64,000 bases of DNA from Eledone cirrhosa (GCA_964016885.1 OZ024741.1:54560001-54624000), one strand, 5' to 3'. Shown: positions 27,246-42,359, counted from the stretch's first letter. Numbers and translations: made by a program. The notes: generated by a model not told the origin, from the letters alone.

Positions 27246-30200
27246 ATGATTTCTTTATTAACCACAAGGGTTTACATAAAGTAGACATTAAGGACAGTGC
27301 AGGACAATACAGGACGGTACAAATGGGCATTTCTGCGTGTAAAAAATAAAAACAGAGGATGTAACAAAAAATAACAATGAAAAATTCCCCAATAGGGGAG
27401 ACTTCGGAGGGACAATTGTGGAGAAAGCCCAGTAAAAGGCCACAATGACCCTGACCACCAAGGCAAGTGCCCTCTCCCAGTTTTCCACCTTTAATTTACA
27501 GATATATACTCAGAGTAGGCACATTCACTCGGGCCATTCTTGCTTCTCTCACCCATCTTTCAACAAAATGCTGGGAAGAGAGCACTTCCCTCTCTACTCT
27601 GATTGACTTTTCAAATGAAATTTGAAAAAGTCAATCAGAGCATCACCGAAGAGGTAAGTGCTCGTCTTCAGCCCTTTCAAACGTGTCCACCATACTATCT
27701 CTTTCGCCATGGCCACCAGACAGATAAAAACTGCCTGCCCTTCCCGGCTAAAGGAGGAGGGCGGGGAAATCCTCACGATGGACTCAGATGATAGCCGGAT
27801 CCGTCCTAAACGCGACAGCAGGTGTTCGACATAAACCCACAAGTCAGAAATTTTCGGACACTGGACGAGTGCGTGCAGGACGGTTTCGTCGCCCTGCTCG
27901 CATCTCGGACATGCCCGGCTGACGGCACCTCCATGCCTGTAGAGTTTATCCCGAACTGGCAAGGCTCTTCGGTAGCACTGCCAGGCCAGGGATTTCTGGA
28001 AGTTGTCCATAGGCCCCGGCCCGAAAGTTCTTGGCTAGTTAATTTTCGTCGACGCCTAGAGTTTCCCCAAGTACATCGTCGCTCTTCCCCTCCACTAATC
28101 TTCTATAGAACGCCAAGGTGGAGTTTCCACCGATCACATTTCCCGATTGGTCGAGGGCTGTGAGCGCCTGAAGACATTCCAGTCTCCAAGCGCTCCCTCT
28201 CGGTCTTCGCTTGACCCAGGACTGCAGCTCCGTCAAGGAGACGAGCTGGGGAAAGATGCGTCTAGCAAACGACGACCACACCTGAGCACCGTTGAGGAAG
28301 AGGTGGAGATGTCGTAGCCTGAGCGCGTGTTGCGTATCATCAGCCACCGCATTCCCAGCCCTCCACGTAGCGGGTGTTGACAGCAGATGGACCCCCTGAC
28401 CATCGGAGCGCGTCCGTTCCACAAAAAGCGAAAGAGCAAACGCTCCAGCGCAGTCAGGCGGGGCTTAAGACAAGGTACGACGGTCAGGTGGTAGTAGATG
28501 ACGGACGCGATGTACGCGTTAGCCACCTACGCTCGACCTTTCATGGATAGCTTCTTCTCCGCCCATTTCTGGGTAAGAGAAGCCACGCTGCTCGTCACCT
28601 CGTTCCAGTTTTTGTCCGTCTTTAGGTCCGGACCGAACCAGACCTCTAGCAATTTAACCGGTCCGTCCGTCCAGCGCCCGACGACGGTGTTGGACGGCAT
28701 GGACCTGCCTCTCCAGGTGCCGAGCTGTAGGCCCACTGACTTTTCCTGGTTGATCATTGCTCCTGTCACCGCTTCGTATTCTCTTAATGTAGTGCCGATC
28801 GCCTCGATGTGTTTGGTGTTCGACACCACTACGGTGACATCGTCCACATATGCTGACACGGATCTTCCGCATCCTAGTTCGCGCGGGACGCCCCTCAACG
28901 TCTCCAGTTTGTGCAGTAATGGCTCGAGAGTCAATACCTACAAGAGGGACGAGAGGGGACATCCTTGGCGGACCGAGCGCATGATGGTGAACGGTTCCGA
29001 AAGATGACCGTTCACTCTCACCACAGAGCAGATGTCGCTGTGCATGGCAGCGATCCAGCCTCTGAAGATGGGCCCAAAGCCAGCCGCCCTCAGGACTGCC
29101 GCTAGGTAACGATGGTGGACCCTATCGAAAGCTTTCGACTGATCTAAATTGATCAAGGACCCACCCGTGCCAGGTTCCCTAGCTACCCTCTCTACGATGT
29201 ATCGCATGAGGTGGAGGTTGTCGTGGATGGATCTGTCGGGAATGGCGCATGTCTGCGCGACTCCCACCAGACCACCAACGACAAGCGCCAACCTCTTTGC
29301 TAGCACCTTGGCCAAAATCTTGAACTCTGTGTTTAGCAGAGTTATGGGCCTGAAATTATTTATGTTATCCCCCTTGTTCGGATCTTTTCTCAGCAGTGCC
29401 ACCGCTCCTCGGCGCACAGAGCTGGGAATTCTCCCGTTCTGTTGCCAGTTGCAGTAGACGTCCGCCAAGAGGCCTCCGAACAAGTCTGGCATCTGTACGT
29501 AAAGTTCATAGGGCAGACCATCCAAACCAGGCGATTTACCCCTTGTGCAGCCAGTCATTGCCTCCCGTACTTCAGCGGCTCTTATAGGCTTTTCACAACA
29601 CTCCGCCTCAGTGGCCGAGAGCTGCGGCAGTCCGTCGAGGTAGACACTAAAGTCCATCCCTCGACCCGGCCCACTGCTGCCCCCGAACAGCTGAGCGAAG
29701 TGTCGCTGAAAAGCTTCACACATTTGCCCGGGATCGAGTAGCATGCGCCCGTCGTGGTCCACCAAAGACCGGATCGTGGCTTTGTTGCCACGACGCGCCT
29801 CCGCCACTCGGGCCCATTGAACAGCTTTCATCCCCTCGGGTTCGAGAGCACGCACCCTAGCTCTGACAACGCAGCCTTCGTGCTTTGCATTGAAGAATTG
29901 GTCAAGGGCCAATTTCGCCGCAAGCACGTCGGTCGCGATGCCTTTGCTAAGCGCCCGTCTAATTTTCTAACTAGTTCTCCCTCTGCTCTATGTTCCTCTA
30001 TTGCTAAAGCCTCACTAAACCTAATGGACTCTATTCTAATCGCTCTTTTCAGAGCAAACCACCACTTGTTGACGATGGCCCCCGTCAACGCACGCTTAAC
30101 TAGTTCGCTAATCTGGTCGCTGTAGGCCTTGCGCGCTGGTAAGAAAGCGTTTAACTTCCAGTAGCCGGGTCCTCGTCTATGAAGCCTATCTAAGTCAAGC

Positions 30201-33081
30201 ACACAGATCACGAATTTGTGGTCCGTGTAGCTGACTATCTTGATTTGTGGACAGCCTATGCTAGACCTATCTATTTCCCTACAAAATACTCTATCTAGAT
30301 ATGATCTGGATGACCCTATGCGATTTGTCCAAGTCCACATTGGTATATTCGGGAAATCCAATCGGTACCTGTCAGACAGTTCAAAACGCCTGAGCAGGTT
30401 GGTGAGACTCTTGCACCCTCCTCCCCTATCCACTAATCCCACACAGTCCCAGCGTGCATCTAAGATCCCGTTCCAGTCGCCCACTAACACTAAAGAGCGG
30501 GACGTTCCAAGAAAGATCTCCAGACGCCGGAAGAAATCAGGCCGACCTGCTCCTGTCGGGGCATAGACGGCCACTAACCTGAAAGCTTGCCCGTCTCCGC
30601 TGGTCACGTCCAGCACCACCAACTTACCTTCTGGGTCCAGGAAGATGGCCAGTATGGCAAGATCTAAACCTCTCCGAAAAAGCACAGCAACTCCACCCCC
30701 CGATCCCGGACGGCTGGGAGATGCGTACACATCGTAGCCGCCGAAGATCGGTGCGAAGGCCCGTGCTTCGGAGATCTGGTCTCGCTGATGGCTACTACAT
30801 CTATGTTTAGTGACCTGAGGTCGTTGAGCCGGTGGCCCTGCTTCCATGACGACCCCAAGCCACGCGCATTTATGCTGCCTATTCTGAGTGAGGTCATGTT
30901 GAAATGGAGTGGAAAAGATGGGAAAGACCACTTACCTTACTTCTCGTAGTGGAAGGACGGTTTTTCCATCCTTTTCACTGCTTGTGGCCTCCTCAGGAAG
31001 GATGTCCTTATAAATCCTCCTGGAGAGTGCTTGTCGGAAGTTTCCGATGTCGTTGGGGAATTTTTGTTTTAGTGTCATGTACGTTTTCTGTGTGATGCGA
31101 GTGATTTGTATGTGTGGAGGTGATGTGAATTTTTGGGTTGTTGTGTAGTCTTTTTCTGTGATGCTGGTGTTGTGTTGGATGTAGTGTAATAATTGGTTGT
31201 TGTTCAAATTTAATGCTGTGTAGTGTGTATCGTTTTGGTTTTTTTGTTTTGTTTGCGTTTGTTGTGGGTTTGTTTCTGTTTCGCATTTTGGTGACTTTTA
31301 TGGTGTAGGTGATGGTGGTGTTGGGGTTAATGATGGTGATGGTGATGGTGTTGGTGTTTGGGGTGATGGGGTTGGTGATGCTGGTGTGGATGGTGGCATA
31401 TCTGTCCTAACTTTTTTGTTTGTTAATTTATTTGTTTCCCTCTGTATTTTGTTTTTGGAGGGGGAAGGAAGAGAATTTTTCCTTTTTTGGTTTCTTTTTT
31501 TCTTTTTTCCTGATACCGTTTCCCACTCCTCGTCGTCACAATCTGTCTCCAGTTGTGATAGGCCGGGGAGTGGAAAATCCTCCACAGGCGTTAGTTTTGG
31601 TTGTGGCGTGGTGGATGGTGTAAGCGCTGGTGCTAGTTCTGAAGCGTTGGGTGGTGGTGGTGTTGGTTTTGCTATGTTGCCGGGATTGTTGCTGTTATAG
31701 TTGCTTCTGTTTTTGCAGCTACAGTTGTTGCTGCCATCTCTGCTACTGGTGGTGTTGATGGTTGAGTCACTGGGGTGGGTAGTAGAGGTGGCTCAACCTT
31801 TTAGCCTGAGGGCAGAAAGCCCTTAGGTGGGTTCCTTCACCACAAACGACACACCTAGGCCTTCTGCCCTCGACAATTACGGTGAGGTGGCTGCCGTCAG
31901 TGAGGTCTATTACCTCTGGGATCTCCTCAATGCTTTTTTGGTCCGCTTGGATCAGGAGCTCCATCCCAGATCCGGACCAGTACTCCTGCTTTTCTTTTGC
32001 TATTGCTATTATCTTGGTGTTGGCTTCGATGCCGGCGAGGACGGCCGCTATTAGCCAGGGAATTTCGATGGCCGGTGGAACGTGGGTCACCCTGAACTTT
32101 ACGAGTCTCTGGCCACAGTAGCTTGGGACGAGTGTGAAGTCGTCAGTTCTTAATGGGGCAATGGAGTGTTCTCTAGCCTCCTCTGGTGTTTCAAAGAACA
32201 CGTCCACGGTTCCATACTTCTGCCCACGTCTAATGTGGGTTTTTCTTGCCCACACATGTCCCAAAGCTTTTTGAACTTTGGAACATTAATTGTTCGATAC
32301 AACACGGTGCATAGGCGCCGATGCTCCATTTTATTAGGTGGGGGGGAGGCTGACCCTGTACCCATCTTTCTTTACCATTTTTTTGGCATTTTCTAATTCC
32401 TCCTGAGTTACCTGAAATGCTTCGCACTGTTTTGCTACTCTGGCAAAACTCAGGGTGGTTTTTTTAATGTCATTGTTGCTGTTGTTATTATCGTTATTTT
32501 TGTTATTATTAATTTTAGTTTCAGTTGTGGTGGTGGTGACGTCAGTGGTGTTCGGTGTGGAAGAGTCCATTTTGGTTGAATTCATTTCGACATCACGAGT
32601 TACTTTATTTTTTTCTTCTTTTGTTTCTGTTGTCGCGGTGGTGGTGGGGTGGGGGTTGTCGCGGTGGTGGTAGTGGTGGTGGCGGCTTTAACACCTGCAG
32701 TCATTGGTAATGGCGGGAAATGAATTGTCTGCCTGAGACAAATTTAAAATATTGCTACTGCTTAAATTTGTTGTGTTGGCAAACGTAGTAATATTTACAA
32801 TGGTGGTGTCGGTGTGAGGTGTTAGTTTATGAGGAAGGCTGTCAGCTTCGTGTGGCTGTGAGACTTCCATGTTTTTTTCAAAGAATTTTTTTTTAATAAT
32901 TATAAATGTTTAAATTTTGGGCACAAGGCCCCAATCTTTTTGGGTGTCCTTTTCGGAAAACAATGTATGTGCGCTTATATACAGTTAACAATAAAATTTT
33001 CCATAAATGGCAATTTTTAACAAACGGAAACAACAAACCTTTGCGGAGCTCACGATGATACGATTCACTACGTAGGTCACC

Positions 33082-33083
<2 letters not shown>
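27246..33083 (-). mobile_element. Full-length Tx1/L1-clade LINE (ORF1 ~32870-30932 with CCHC knuckle; ORF2 ~30897-27500, APE-RT-CCHC), frameshifted
   Basis: CVVCGEGTHLRAFC; LRIGSINARG, TDH, WKLN; DQSKAFDRV, RQGCPLS, YVDD; CPRC..H..C; AATAAA then (TTA)n at the 3' end; (TAA)n on both sides. Confidence 0.95.
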
Positions 33084-33113
<30 letters not shown>

Positions 33114-33116
<3 letters not shown>

Positions 33117-33235
33117 TTTCTTTATTAACCACAAGGGTTTCCATAAAGTAGACATTAAGGACAGTACAGGACAATACAGGGCGGTACAAATGGGCATTTC
33201 TGCGTGTAAAAAAAAACAAGAAACAGAGGATGTAA
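33114..33235 (-). mobile_element. 3'-UTR fragment of the same Tx1 family
   Basis: Near-identical to 27246-27365. Confidence 0.85.
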
Positions 33236-36200
33236 TAAGTGTTTAAATGTCGAACCTAAACAGTTCGAATAACGGTGAAGAGGAGGCTGGAACGTCATGT
33301 GACAGACTCTCACCCAGCAAGTGCCCCCTGGCCCAGCAGCAGGGACCTGGCTGTCATCCAAATACTGCTGGTGTTGGAGGAAGTAGAAGAAGGAAAGGGA
33401 CAAGAACCAACTGGACGAAAGTATTTAATAGAACTGTTATGGAATGTTACCTGAAGAGTAACCCCAAGGAAAAAGGCTATAGGAAACGGATGCATAACAT
33501 CTGGAACGAGATTGGTCTATTTAAATTAGATGAACAAAAGTTGGCCGGCAGGCTCGGGTAATAAGTATTAATGAATGGATAAGCGAGTTGGAACTGGAGG
33601 AACTGAGCAGATAGATTAGGTTAGAAATAGAGAGTGGAGTATGCCAGACAAACGAGCCAGTGGGAAATGAAAGTGAAGAGGTTGAGAGAATGGAGGAAGC
33701 ATCCAAAGCAGACATTGATCTGAATGCTGAAATAAGTAACATCTGAAAGATACGGCCATTGAGGAAATGAATGCTGATGGGCTAGGACAAGATTTGGTTG
33801 ATATCCTAAACTTAGTGGTAGATGAAATGAACAATGATAGTGGGAAACCTATGAACCTAAGATTTGTAGACAGGAAAAGTTAAAAGAAACAACAGCTAAG
33901 GTAAACAAAGTCATCCCATACCTTGAGAGGAGGAACCTTCACCAATGCAACAATATCCTCAAAGAAACAGCAAATGCGTCGAGCAAATTACTTGGCATAA
34001 AAACGAGAGGAAACAACAAACAAGAAAGATCAGAACCTTGGTGGAAGAAACGACTGAATGGTCAAATCAAGGAAATGAGAAATGACATTGGAAAGCTTAA
34101 GTCCCTACTGAATGGGACACTACAAAACATAGACACTAAAAATAGACTGGAAATAAAGTACAAAACTAGGATCAAAAAGCTAAATATCATCATAGAGGAA
34201 CTGAAGCAACGCATTGTAGCAAAGAGTGCAAAGATTAGGCGGTATGAGAGCAGAGTCAGTCAGTATAGACAGAACCGCATGTTTGACAACAACCAGAAGA
34301 TGTTGTTTGGACAGCTTGAAGGGAAAGAAAGAGGCAACGACTTGATCCCTGAGGCGGACAAACTAAGACATTCTGGAGAGGAATATGGGAGCAGGATGTT
34401 AAACATAATGACCAGGCAGTGTGGATTGAGACAGTACAAAAGGAGATTAGTGAACAAGCACGCCAAGAAACTGATTTGAGTATCACAGTTGAAACTCTTA
34501 AAGGGCAGGCCAAAAAACTAACCAACTGGAAATCACCAGGTCCAGATGGTGTGCAGGGGTATTGGATCAAAAATATAACATCCCTCCACCCGAAACTGAC
34601 AACCATCTTCAATGATTGCTTGATGTCGGGTGAGGTACCAGAGTGGTTGACAAAAGATATCACAGTTCTGGTAATGAAAGACCGAATCAAGGGTAATGAT
34701 GTTACCAACTATAGACCTATCACATGTCCGTCCGTAATGTGGAAACTGTTAACAAGCATTGTGCCTGAGGAAATCTACCATCACCTCCACATAAACAACT
34801 TGTTACCGGACGGACAGAAAGGATGCCGAAAGAAGTCCCATAGTACAAAAGACCAGTTACTTATTGATAAGATGGTAATGAGGAATTGCAAGAGGAGACA
34901 CACTGGTCTTGCCATGGGATGGATAGATTACAAAAGGCATTCGACATGGTACCTCATTCTTGGATAACCAAAAGCATAGAGATCTTCAAGGTGGCAGATA
35001 ACATCAGACAGTTGTTGAGCAAAAGTATGAAGTCCTAGGAAACAGAGTTAACATCGTATGGAGAATCCTTGGAAGGCGTGAAGATCAAGAGAGGTATCTT
35101 CCAGGGAGATAGTTTGTCCCCTCTGTTGTATACTGTGAAAAGTGAGAGCAGGATACAAGTTGGGAAAAGGAGAGCTTACCATCAACCACCTCCTCTTCAT
35201 GGGCGATCTTAAACTCTTTGGGAAGAGTGAGAAGGAGTTGGATGTACTTGTTGAGACTGTACGTATTTTCAGCAATAATATATGTATGCAATTTGGTATT
35301 AGTAAGTGTGGAGTCCTAGTGAGGAAGAGGGGTAAATTGAGCAGAAGCAACAGAATCCAGGTACCAACAAGTGAGATGATAAAGGAAATTGACACTGAAG
35401 AGGGATACAAATATTTAGGTGTTCTTGAGGCAGATGACATCAAGAACAAAAAATTAAGGATTGATAACATCTGAGTACATAAGTAGAGTAAGAAGCGTAA
35501 TAAAATCACATCTAAAAAGTAGGAATGTCATAAGTGCAGTGAATTCCCGAGCTGTGTCTATTATTAGGTACAGTGCGGGAATTCTGAAATGGAATGTTGT
35601 TGAACAAAAAGAAATGGATAGGAAGAATACGAAACTATTGACTATCTACATGTTTCACAAGAGGAGTGATGTCGATAGACTCTACTTAAAGAGATCTGAA
35701 GGTGGAAGAGGTCTTATCAGAATACAGGACTGTGTTTAGATGGAGAAAAACAACCTGCACAAATATGTGACAGACAGTGGGGAGCCAATGCTCAAAATTG
35801 TACTGAAGGAGAAGACAATAGGCCAGGGGATGTCCAAGGAGGAAATAACAACAAGGAGGAAGAGCAACGTTCATGAAAAATCCCTTCATAGTACCTTCTT
35901 TAAGAAAACGGAATTTAGAGATCCACAGATATGGAACTGGTTAAAAAGAGGAGACCTTAAAAAGGCTACAGAAGGAATGTTAATGGCTGCGCAAGAGCAA
36001 GCCCTCAGAACGAAGTGGGTGAAACACCATATTTACAAGGAGGAGGCTAGCCCACTGTGTAGGATCTGTGGAGAGAGGAGACTGTGGCTCACATTATATG
36101 CGAGTGTAAACACCTAGCCCAGACTCACTATAAAGGCTGGAGACATGATGGGATGGGCAGGGTGATCCACTGGCACCTATGCAAAGTAAACAATTTACCA

Positions 36201-36697
36201 CATTCTGAGAAGTGGTATGAGCATAAGCCAGAGGCGGTGATAGAAAACGATCAGGTGAAGGTGCTGTGGGATTTTAGGATACAGACGGACAAGAAACTGG
36301 AATACAATAGACCTGACCTGGTGGTTGTGGACAAAGAAAAAAGATCGTGCCTGATTGTGGATGTGGCCTGCCCATTTGACACAAGAGTGCAAGAAAAGGA
36401 GAGGGAGAAAATTAACCGATACCAGGACTTAAAGTGGGAGGTAAGAGTGGAACTGCCATGAAGTCAAAGTGGTCCCGATTGTCATAGGCGCACTAGGTAC
36501 TATCTCAAAGAGTTTCCAAGGATGGTTAAAAAAAATTAGTCCAGCTCCACTTTTTGGAACGCTTCAAAAGGCATGCTTGCTGGGAACAGCAAGAACCCTC
36601 CGATACGTCCTGAATATCTGAGGTTGCAGGTAGCGGCTTGATATTCATATAACCAAAAACTTTCCAGTTAAATAACATCAATGACTGAGACTCAAAG
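33236..36697 (+). mobile_element. Near full-length R4-clade Dong-like LINE (RT-CCHC-RLE), disrupted
   Basis: N-terminal WT..N..VMECY..GYRKRM; [42 protein letters not shown]; ends in (AAT)n. Confidence 0.93.
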
Positions 36698-36715
36698 AAT
36701 AATAATAATAATAAT

Positions 36716-39700
36716 GATTTCTTTATTGGCCACAAAGGCTGACATCAAGAAAAACATTATAGACGGCACAGAATGGTACAGTATGAAACGATGTGGGTTT
36801 TGAGCGTGTAAAGATTTTTATTATTTATATAAGAAACGAAAAAGAAAAAAGACATAGATACATATATATATATATTTAAACAATAAAAATGAAAATTCAA
36901 ACAATGAAAAATTCCCTAATAGGGGGGAAACCTCCGAGGGTTACTCGTGGCGAAAACCTCCCCAAAGACCACGGCCACCCTGACGATGCGTCACGGCATG
37001 GACTTGCCTCTCCAGGTGTCGAGTTGCAAGCCCACCGACCTTTTTTGGTTTATCTTTGCTCCTGTCACCGCTTCGTATTCCTTGAGAGCGGTGCAGAGCA
37101 TCTGGACGTGTTTGGTGCTCGACACCACCACTTTGATGTCGTCGGCGTAAGCTGACACGGATTTCCCGCAGTTCGCGTGGGATCCCCCTCATCGTCTCTA
37201 ATTTGTGCAGTAACGGCTCGAGGGCCAATGCGTACAAGAGGGACGAGAGGAGGAAACCCTGGCGGACCGTGCGCATGATGCTGAAAGGCTGTGACAAGTA
37301 ACGATTCACCCTCACAATCGAGCAGATGTCGCTGTGCATCGCAGGACCGCAGCTAGGTACTGATGGTCGACCCTATCAAATGCTTTAGATTGATCCAAGT
37401 TGATCAGAGCCCCACCCGTGTCAGGTTCCTTAACCACCCTCGCTATGATGTATCGCATGAGATAGATGTTGTGAATGGATCTGTCCGGAATGGCGCATGT
37501 CTGTGCCTCTCCCACCAGATCATCAACGACAAGCGTCAATCTCTTTGTTAACACCTTGGCCAAAATCTTAAACTCTGCGTTTAGCAGAGTTATGGTCCTG
37601 AAGTTGTCTATAACGTCCTCCTTGTACGGGTCTTTTCTCAGCAGAGCCACCGTTCCTCGGCTCACAAAACTGGGAATGCACCCGTTCTGCTGTCAGTTGC
37701 AGTAGACATCTGCCAAGAGGTTGCCGAACAAGTCTGGCATATACGCATAAAGCTCGTAGGGCAGACCATCCAAACCTGGCGATTTTCCCCTCGTGCAATC
37801 AGACATCGCTTCCCGTATTTCACCTGCTGTTATCGGCTTTACGCAGCACTGCGTTGCGGTCGTGGAGAGCCGCATCAGTCCGTCGAGGTATGCACCGAAG
37901 TCCATACTCCTATCCGGCCCGCCGTTGCTGCCGAACAATTGAGCAAAGTGCTGTTGAAAAGCCGCACACATCTGCTCGTGTTCGAGCAACATGCGCCCGT
38001 TTTGATCAGACCGAATTGTGGACTTGTTGCCAAGTCCCACCTCCACCACCCGGGCCCATTGAACGGCTTTCGTCCCCTCGTGTCTTAGAGCATACGCTCT
38101 AGATCTGACAACGCTGCCTTCTTGCTTTGCGTTGAAGAATTGGTCGAGTGCCAATCTCGCCGCAAGCACGTCGGTTGCGATGCCCCTCCTAAACGCCTAT
38201 TCTAACTTTCTAATTAACTCTCCCTCTACTCTATTTTCCTCTATCACTATTCCTTATCGATTCTACTCTAATAGCCTTTTTCAGGGTAAACCACCACCTG
38301 TTGTTGACGATCGTACCCGTCAACGCACGCTTAACTAATTCGCTAATCCGGTCTCTGTAAGCTTTGCGCGACGGTAACGACGAGTTCAGCTTCCAGTAGC
38401 CGGGCCCTTGCCTATGGAGTCTATCTAAGTCAACTTCAGAGATCACAAATTTGTGGTCCGTATAGTCGACTACTTTAAATTGTGGACAACCTACACTAGC
38501 CTTATCTGTTTCCCTACAGAATACCCTATCTAAATACGATCTGGATGACCCGATGCGGTTTGCTCATGTCCACATTGGCACATTCGGATAATCCAGCCTA
38601 TACCTGTCAGACAGTTTAAAACGTCTGAGCAGGTTGTTGAGGCTTTTTCACCCTCCTGCCCTGTCTACTATCCCCACATAATCCCAGCGTGCATCTAAGA
38701 TACCGTTCCAGTCGCCCAATAACACTAAAGAGCGGGACGTTCCAAGAAAGGGCTCTAGACGTCTGAAGAAATATGACCGTCCTGCCGCTGTTGGTGTGTA
38801 GATAGCTACTAGCCTGAAAGCATTGCCTTCGCTGCCGGTTACGTCCAGTACCACCGACTTACCTTTTGGGTCCAGGAAGATGGCCCGTATGGCGAGATTC
38901 AAGCCTCTCCGAAAAAGGACGGCAACCCCTCCCTCCGATCCTGGATGGTTGGGAGATGCGTATACAACGTAGCCGCCGAAGATCGGTGCGAAGGCTCGTG
39001 CTTCGAAGATTCTAGTCTCGCTGATGGCCACCGCATCTACATTTAGTGACCTGAGGTCGTTGAGCAGGTGACCCTGCGTCCAAGATGACCCCAGGCCACG
39101 TACATTTATACTGCCTACTCTAAGTACGGCCATGTTGGATGAGAAGCGTAAGTGAGAAGCGTAAGTGATAAAGGATCACTAACATTGATCATGTGGTGAA
39201 GGGACAGAAGAACCGTCCCTTTGGCTGGTCATGGGTGTTTCCAAGAGGATGTCGGTGTATATCCTCTTGGTAACCGACCCTCTGAAGTCACCAAATACGT
39301 TGGGGAATTTTTGCTTTAAAAGTTTGTAATGTTCTATTTTGATTTCAATGACTTTTATGTTTGTTGCGAGAGTTCTTGGTGTTGGTGAGTTGTAGTATTT
39401 TTTTCTGTGATGTCTGTGTGCTGCTTTATATGTTGTAAGAGTTCTTTATTTGCCATGTTTATGGCTGTGTACTTTTTGAGGGGGGGGGGTGATTTTGTTG
39501 CTGTTTTCTTGTTGTTCCTGTTGGGTGTGTGTTTTGTTGTGTTTGCGATGTTGATGTTTTTCGTGATGCTGGTGGGGGTGTGGTTGTTGTTGGTGGTGGT
39601 GATGGTGATGGTGATGGGGGTGGTGTTGCTGCAAGTTTCCTTGCAGCCTTTACCCCTCATTGTCTGCCTTCGCTTTTGGAGGGTGAAGTTAAGGGTTTTT

Positions 39701-41346
39701 TTCCTTTTTTTGTTTTTTGTTGCAGACCGTTTGCCACTTCCCTCCCGCCTCATACTCCACGTCAGATTCCGTGGCGTCTGGGAGGGGTATGAGCTCCACT
39801 GCTGTTGGAGCCCGCTTCGGCGATTTTGCCGCCGGTGTAGCTACTGCGACTGTTGGTGTTGCCGCCACTGCTGACGCTTCTTTAGTTGTCCGTGGCCTTG
39901 GTATGGGTGCCACGGTCGTTCCCCTCCTACTCACCATGGAAGGGTCTTCTGCCTCTGTTGCCTGCCCTGCTCTTGGTAGCAGCGGATCAGGCGTCGGAAG
40001 GAGGGGGTGGGGGCTCTTCTTGGCTCTCTTCTACGGGTAGAAGGCCTTGAGGTGACCCTTCTACCCACAGAGATAGCACTTTGGGCGCCTTCCTTCCACG
40101 CTTATAGGGGGTTCGAGCCCTTCTTCGAGGTCTATGATGCCTGAGATGGCCTCGATGCACTCCTGGTCAGTCTGTATTAGCATTTGCATGCCTATTCCTG
40201 ACCACCAATCTCTCTTCCCATTCTCTGTATTTGCAGTATGGTGGTCTTCTCCTCGATTCCAGCCAGTACAGACGCGGCCAGCCAAGGTATGGGCACGTTC
40301 GGCAGGACCTGAGTCACTTTGACCCTCACAATTTTCTGCCCGCAATAGGAGACCACCAAGACTATCTCCTCACTCTTTCTGGTTTCAAAAGAGTGAGACT
40401 TCGCCTCTTGGGGGTGGTAAAAAGTACGTCTACTGTGGCCTACTTTTTTCCACGGGTTATGTGGGTTTTTCGCGCCCAGACGCACCCCAAGGCCTTTTGG
40501 ATTTGAGCCTCCGTGGCTCTCTCCACCCGATGTGACATTTTGCTTACCGTGCGCAGTTGCTGGTCTTTGATGAAATCGGATGGAGGTTTCAGGGAAACTC
40601 TATTGTTATTTCTTGTCACCATGGCTCTTGCGACTGCCATCGCCTCCTCCGTGACTAGCACTGTCTCTATATTTCGGGCAACACCTGCGAAAGAAGTGGC
40701 CCCTTATTCAGCGACACCATTATTGCTGCCGCTACTTCTGCTACTGGTATTGTTGTTGGCGCTGTTTCTGTTGCTACAGCTACAAACGGTGTTGTTGGTG
40801 TTGTTACTGTTATCACTGTTGTAGTTGGTTGTGTTTTTGGTGCCACCGTTGTTGTTGTTTTCGGTGCAATTTGTATTGTTGCTGTTGGTGTTGTCGTTGT
40901 TTATTTTCTTGTTAGTGGTGTTAATATCGTTGTTGCATTTGTTGTGATTTTTTTCTGTCTGTATTTTGATTGACGCTGTTATTGTTGTAGTTGGTGTGGT
41001 AATTTCTTCAAAATTAGTGTTCTCAGTGTTGTTGTCTTTGTTCACGTTGTTTGTGGTGGTGTCTGTTATATGAATATCACTAACCAACCTCTCAACTTTT
41101 ACGCCGTTGTCACATGACAGCAGACATATTGCTGGGGGGAGGGGCGTGGCTCAGCCATTTTTTTTTTTTTAAATAATTTTTTTAAAAGTAAAATGTTCAA
41201 ATATTTGGGCCAAAAGGTCCAAATATTATACTTTTTCCCCTTCACAGGGCAAAGTCTTACACAACAAGAAATATTTAACAACTAATAATGTTAACAGGCA
41301 AATAAAGCGACTAACTGGGAGCGAGCAAAAGACGTCCGATTAGACC
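36716..41346 (-). mobile_element. Diverged Tx1-clade LINE, with the ORF2 C-terminus deleted
   Basis: ORF1 with CYLCG knuckle; MAVLRVGSINVRG; DQSKAFDRV; RT joined to the 3' UTR near 36980; (TAA)n on both sides. Confidence 0.92.
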
Positions 41347-41740
41347 AATAATAATAATAATAATAATGATTTCATTTATTGGCCACAAGGGCCGACATGT
41401 AGGGGACAATACAAAGACAGGGACAGTGGGGTTTATAATAAGGTCGAGTAAAAGTGCACAATGGCAAGACTAATTTAACAATGAAGATATAAAAATATAA
41501 AATAAACTATGCATAAATAGAAGAAGAAGAAGAAGAAGAAGAAGAAGAAGAAGAAGACCATCAACACCACCAACTTGGAAGAAAATAGAAACCAGGCAGA
41601 TAAACAGTGTGAGGGAAGAGAAGGCAAGAAAGAATGAAATGCATGTTTATGATAGGCATCATCACCATCATCCTCATAACCATTACATTTACTATCATCA
41701 TCTTCATTCATCACGTTCTTCATCATTAACAACAGATACA

Positions 41741-41769
41741 ACTACTACTATTACTACTACTACTACTAT

Positions 41770-41801
<32 letters not shown>

Positions 41802-41922
41802 TTACTACTACTACTACAACTACTACTATTACTACTACTACTACTACTACTACTACTGTTACTACTACTACTACTACTACTACTACTACAACTATTACTA
41901 CTACTACTACTACTACTACTGT

Positions 41923-41957
<35 letters not shown>

Positions 41958-42039
41958 TTACTACTACTACTACTACTACTATTACTACTACTACTACTAC
42001 TACTACTATTACTACTACTACTACTACTACTACTACTAT

Positions 42040-42074
<35 letters not shown>

Positions 42075-42078
42075 TTAT

Positions 42079-42110
<32 letters not shown>

Positions 42111-42138
42111 TTACTACTACTACTACTACTACTACTAT

Positions 42139-42185
<47 letters not shown>

Positions 42186-42273
42186 TTACTACTACTACTA
42201 CTACTACTACTACTACAATTACTACTACTACTACTACTACTATTACTACTACTACTACTACTACTACTACTAT

Positions 42274-42305
<32 letters not shown>

Positions 42306-42324
42306 TTACTACTACTACTACTAT

Positions 42325-42359
<35 letters not shown>

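Noticed and set aside
27246-33235. ~120-bp direct repeats flanking Tx1 read as LTRs
   Set aside because: The second copy is a separate 3'-UTR fragment inserted in the adjacent (TAA)n; the domain content is non-LTR.
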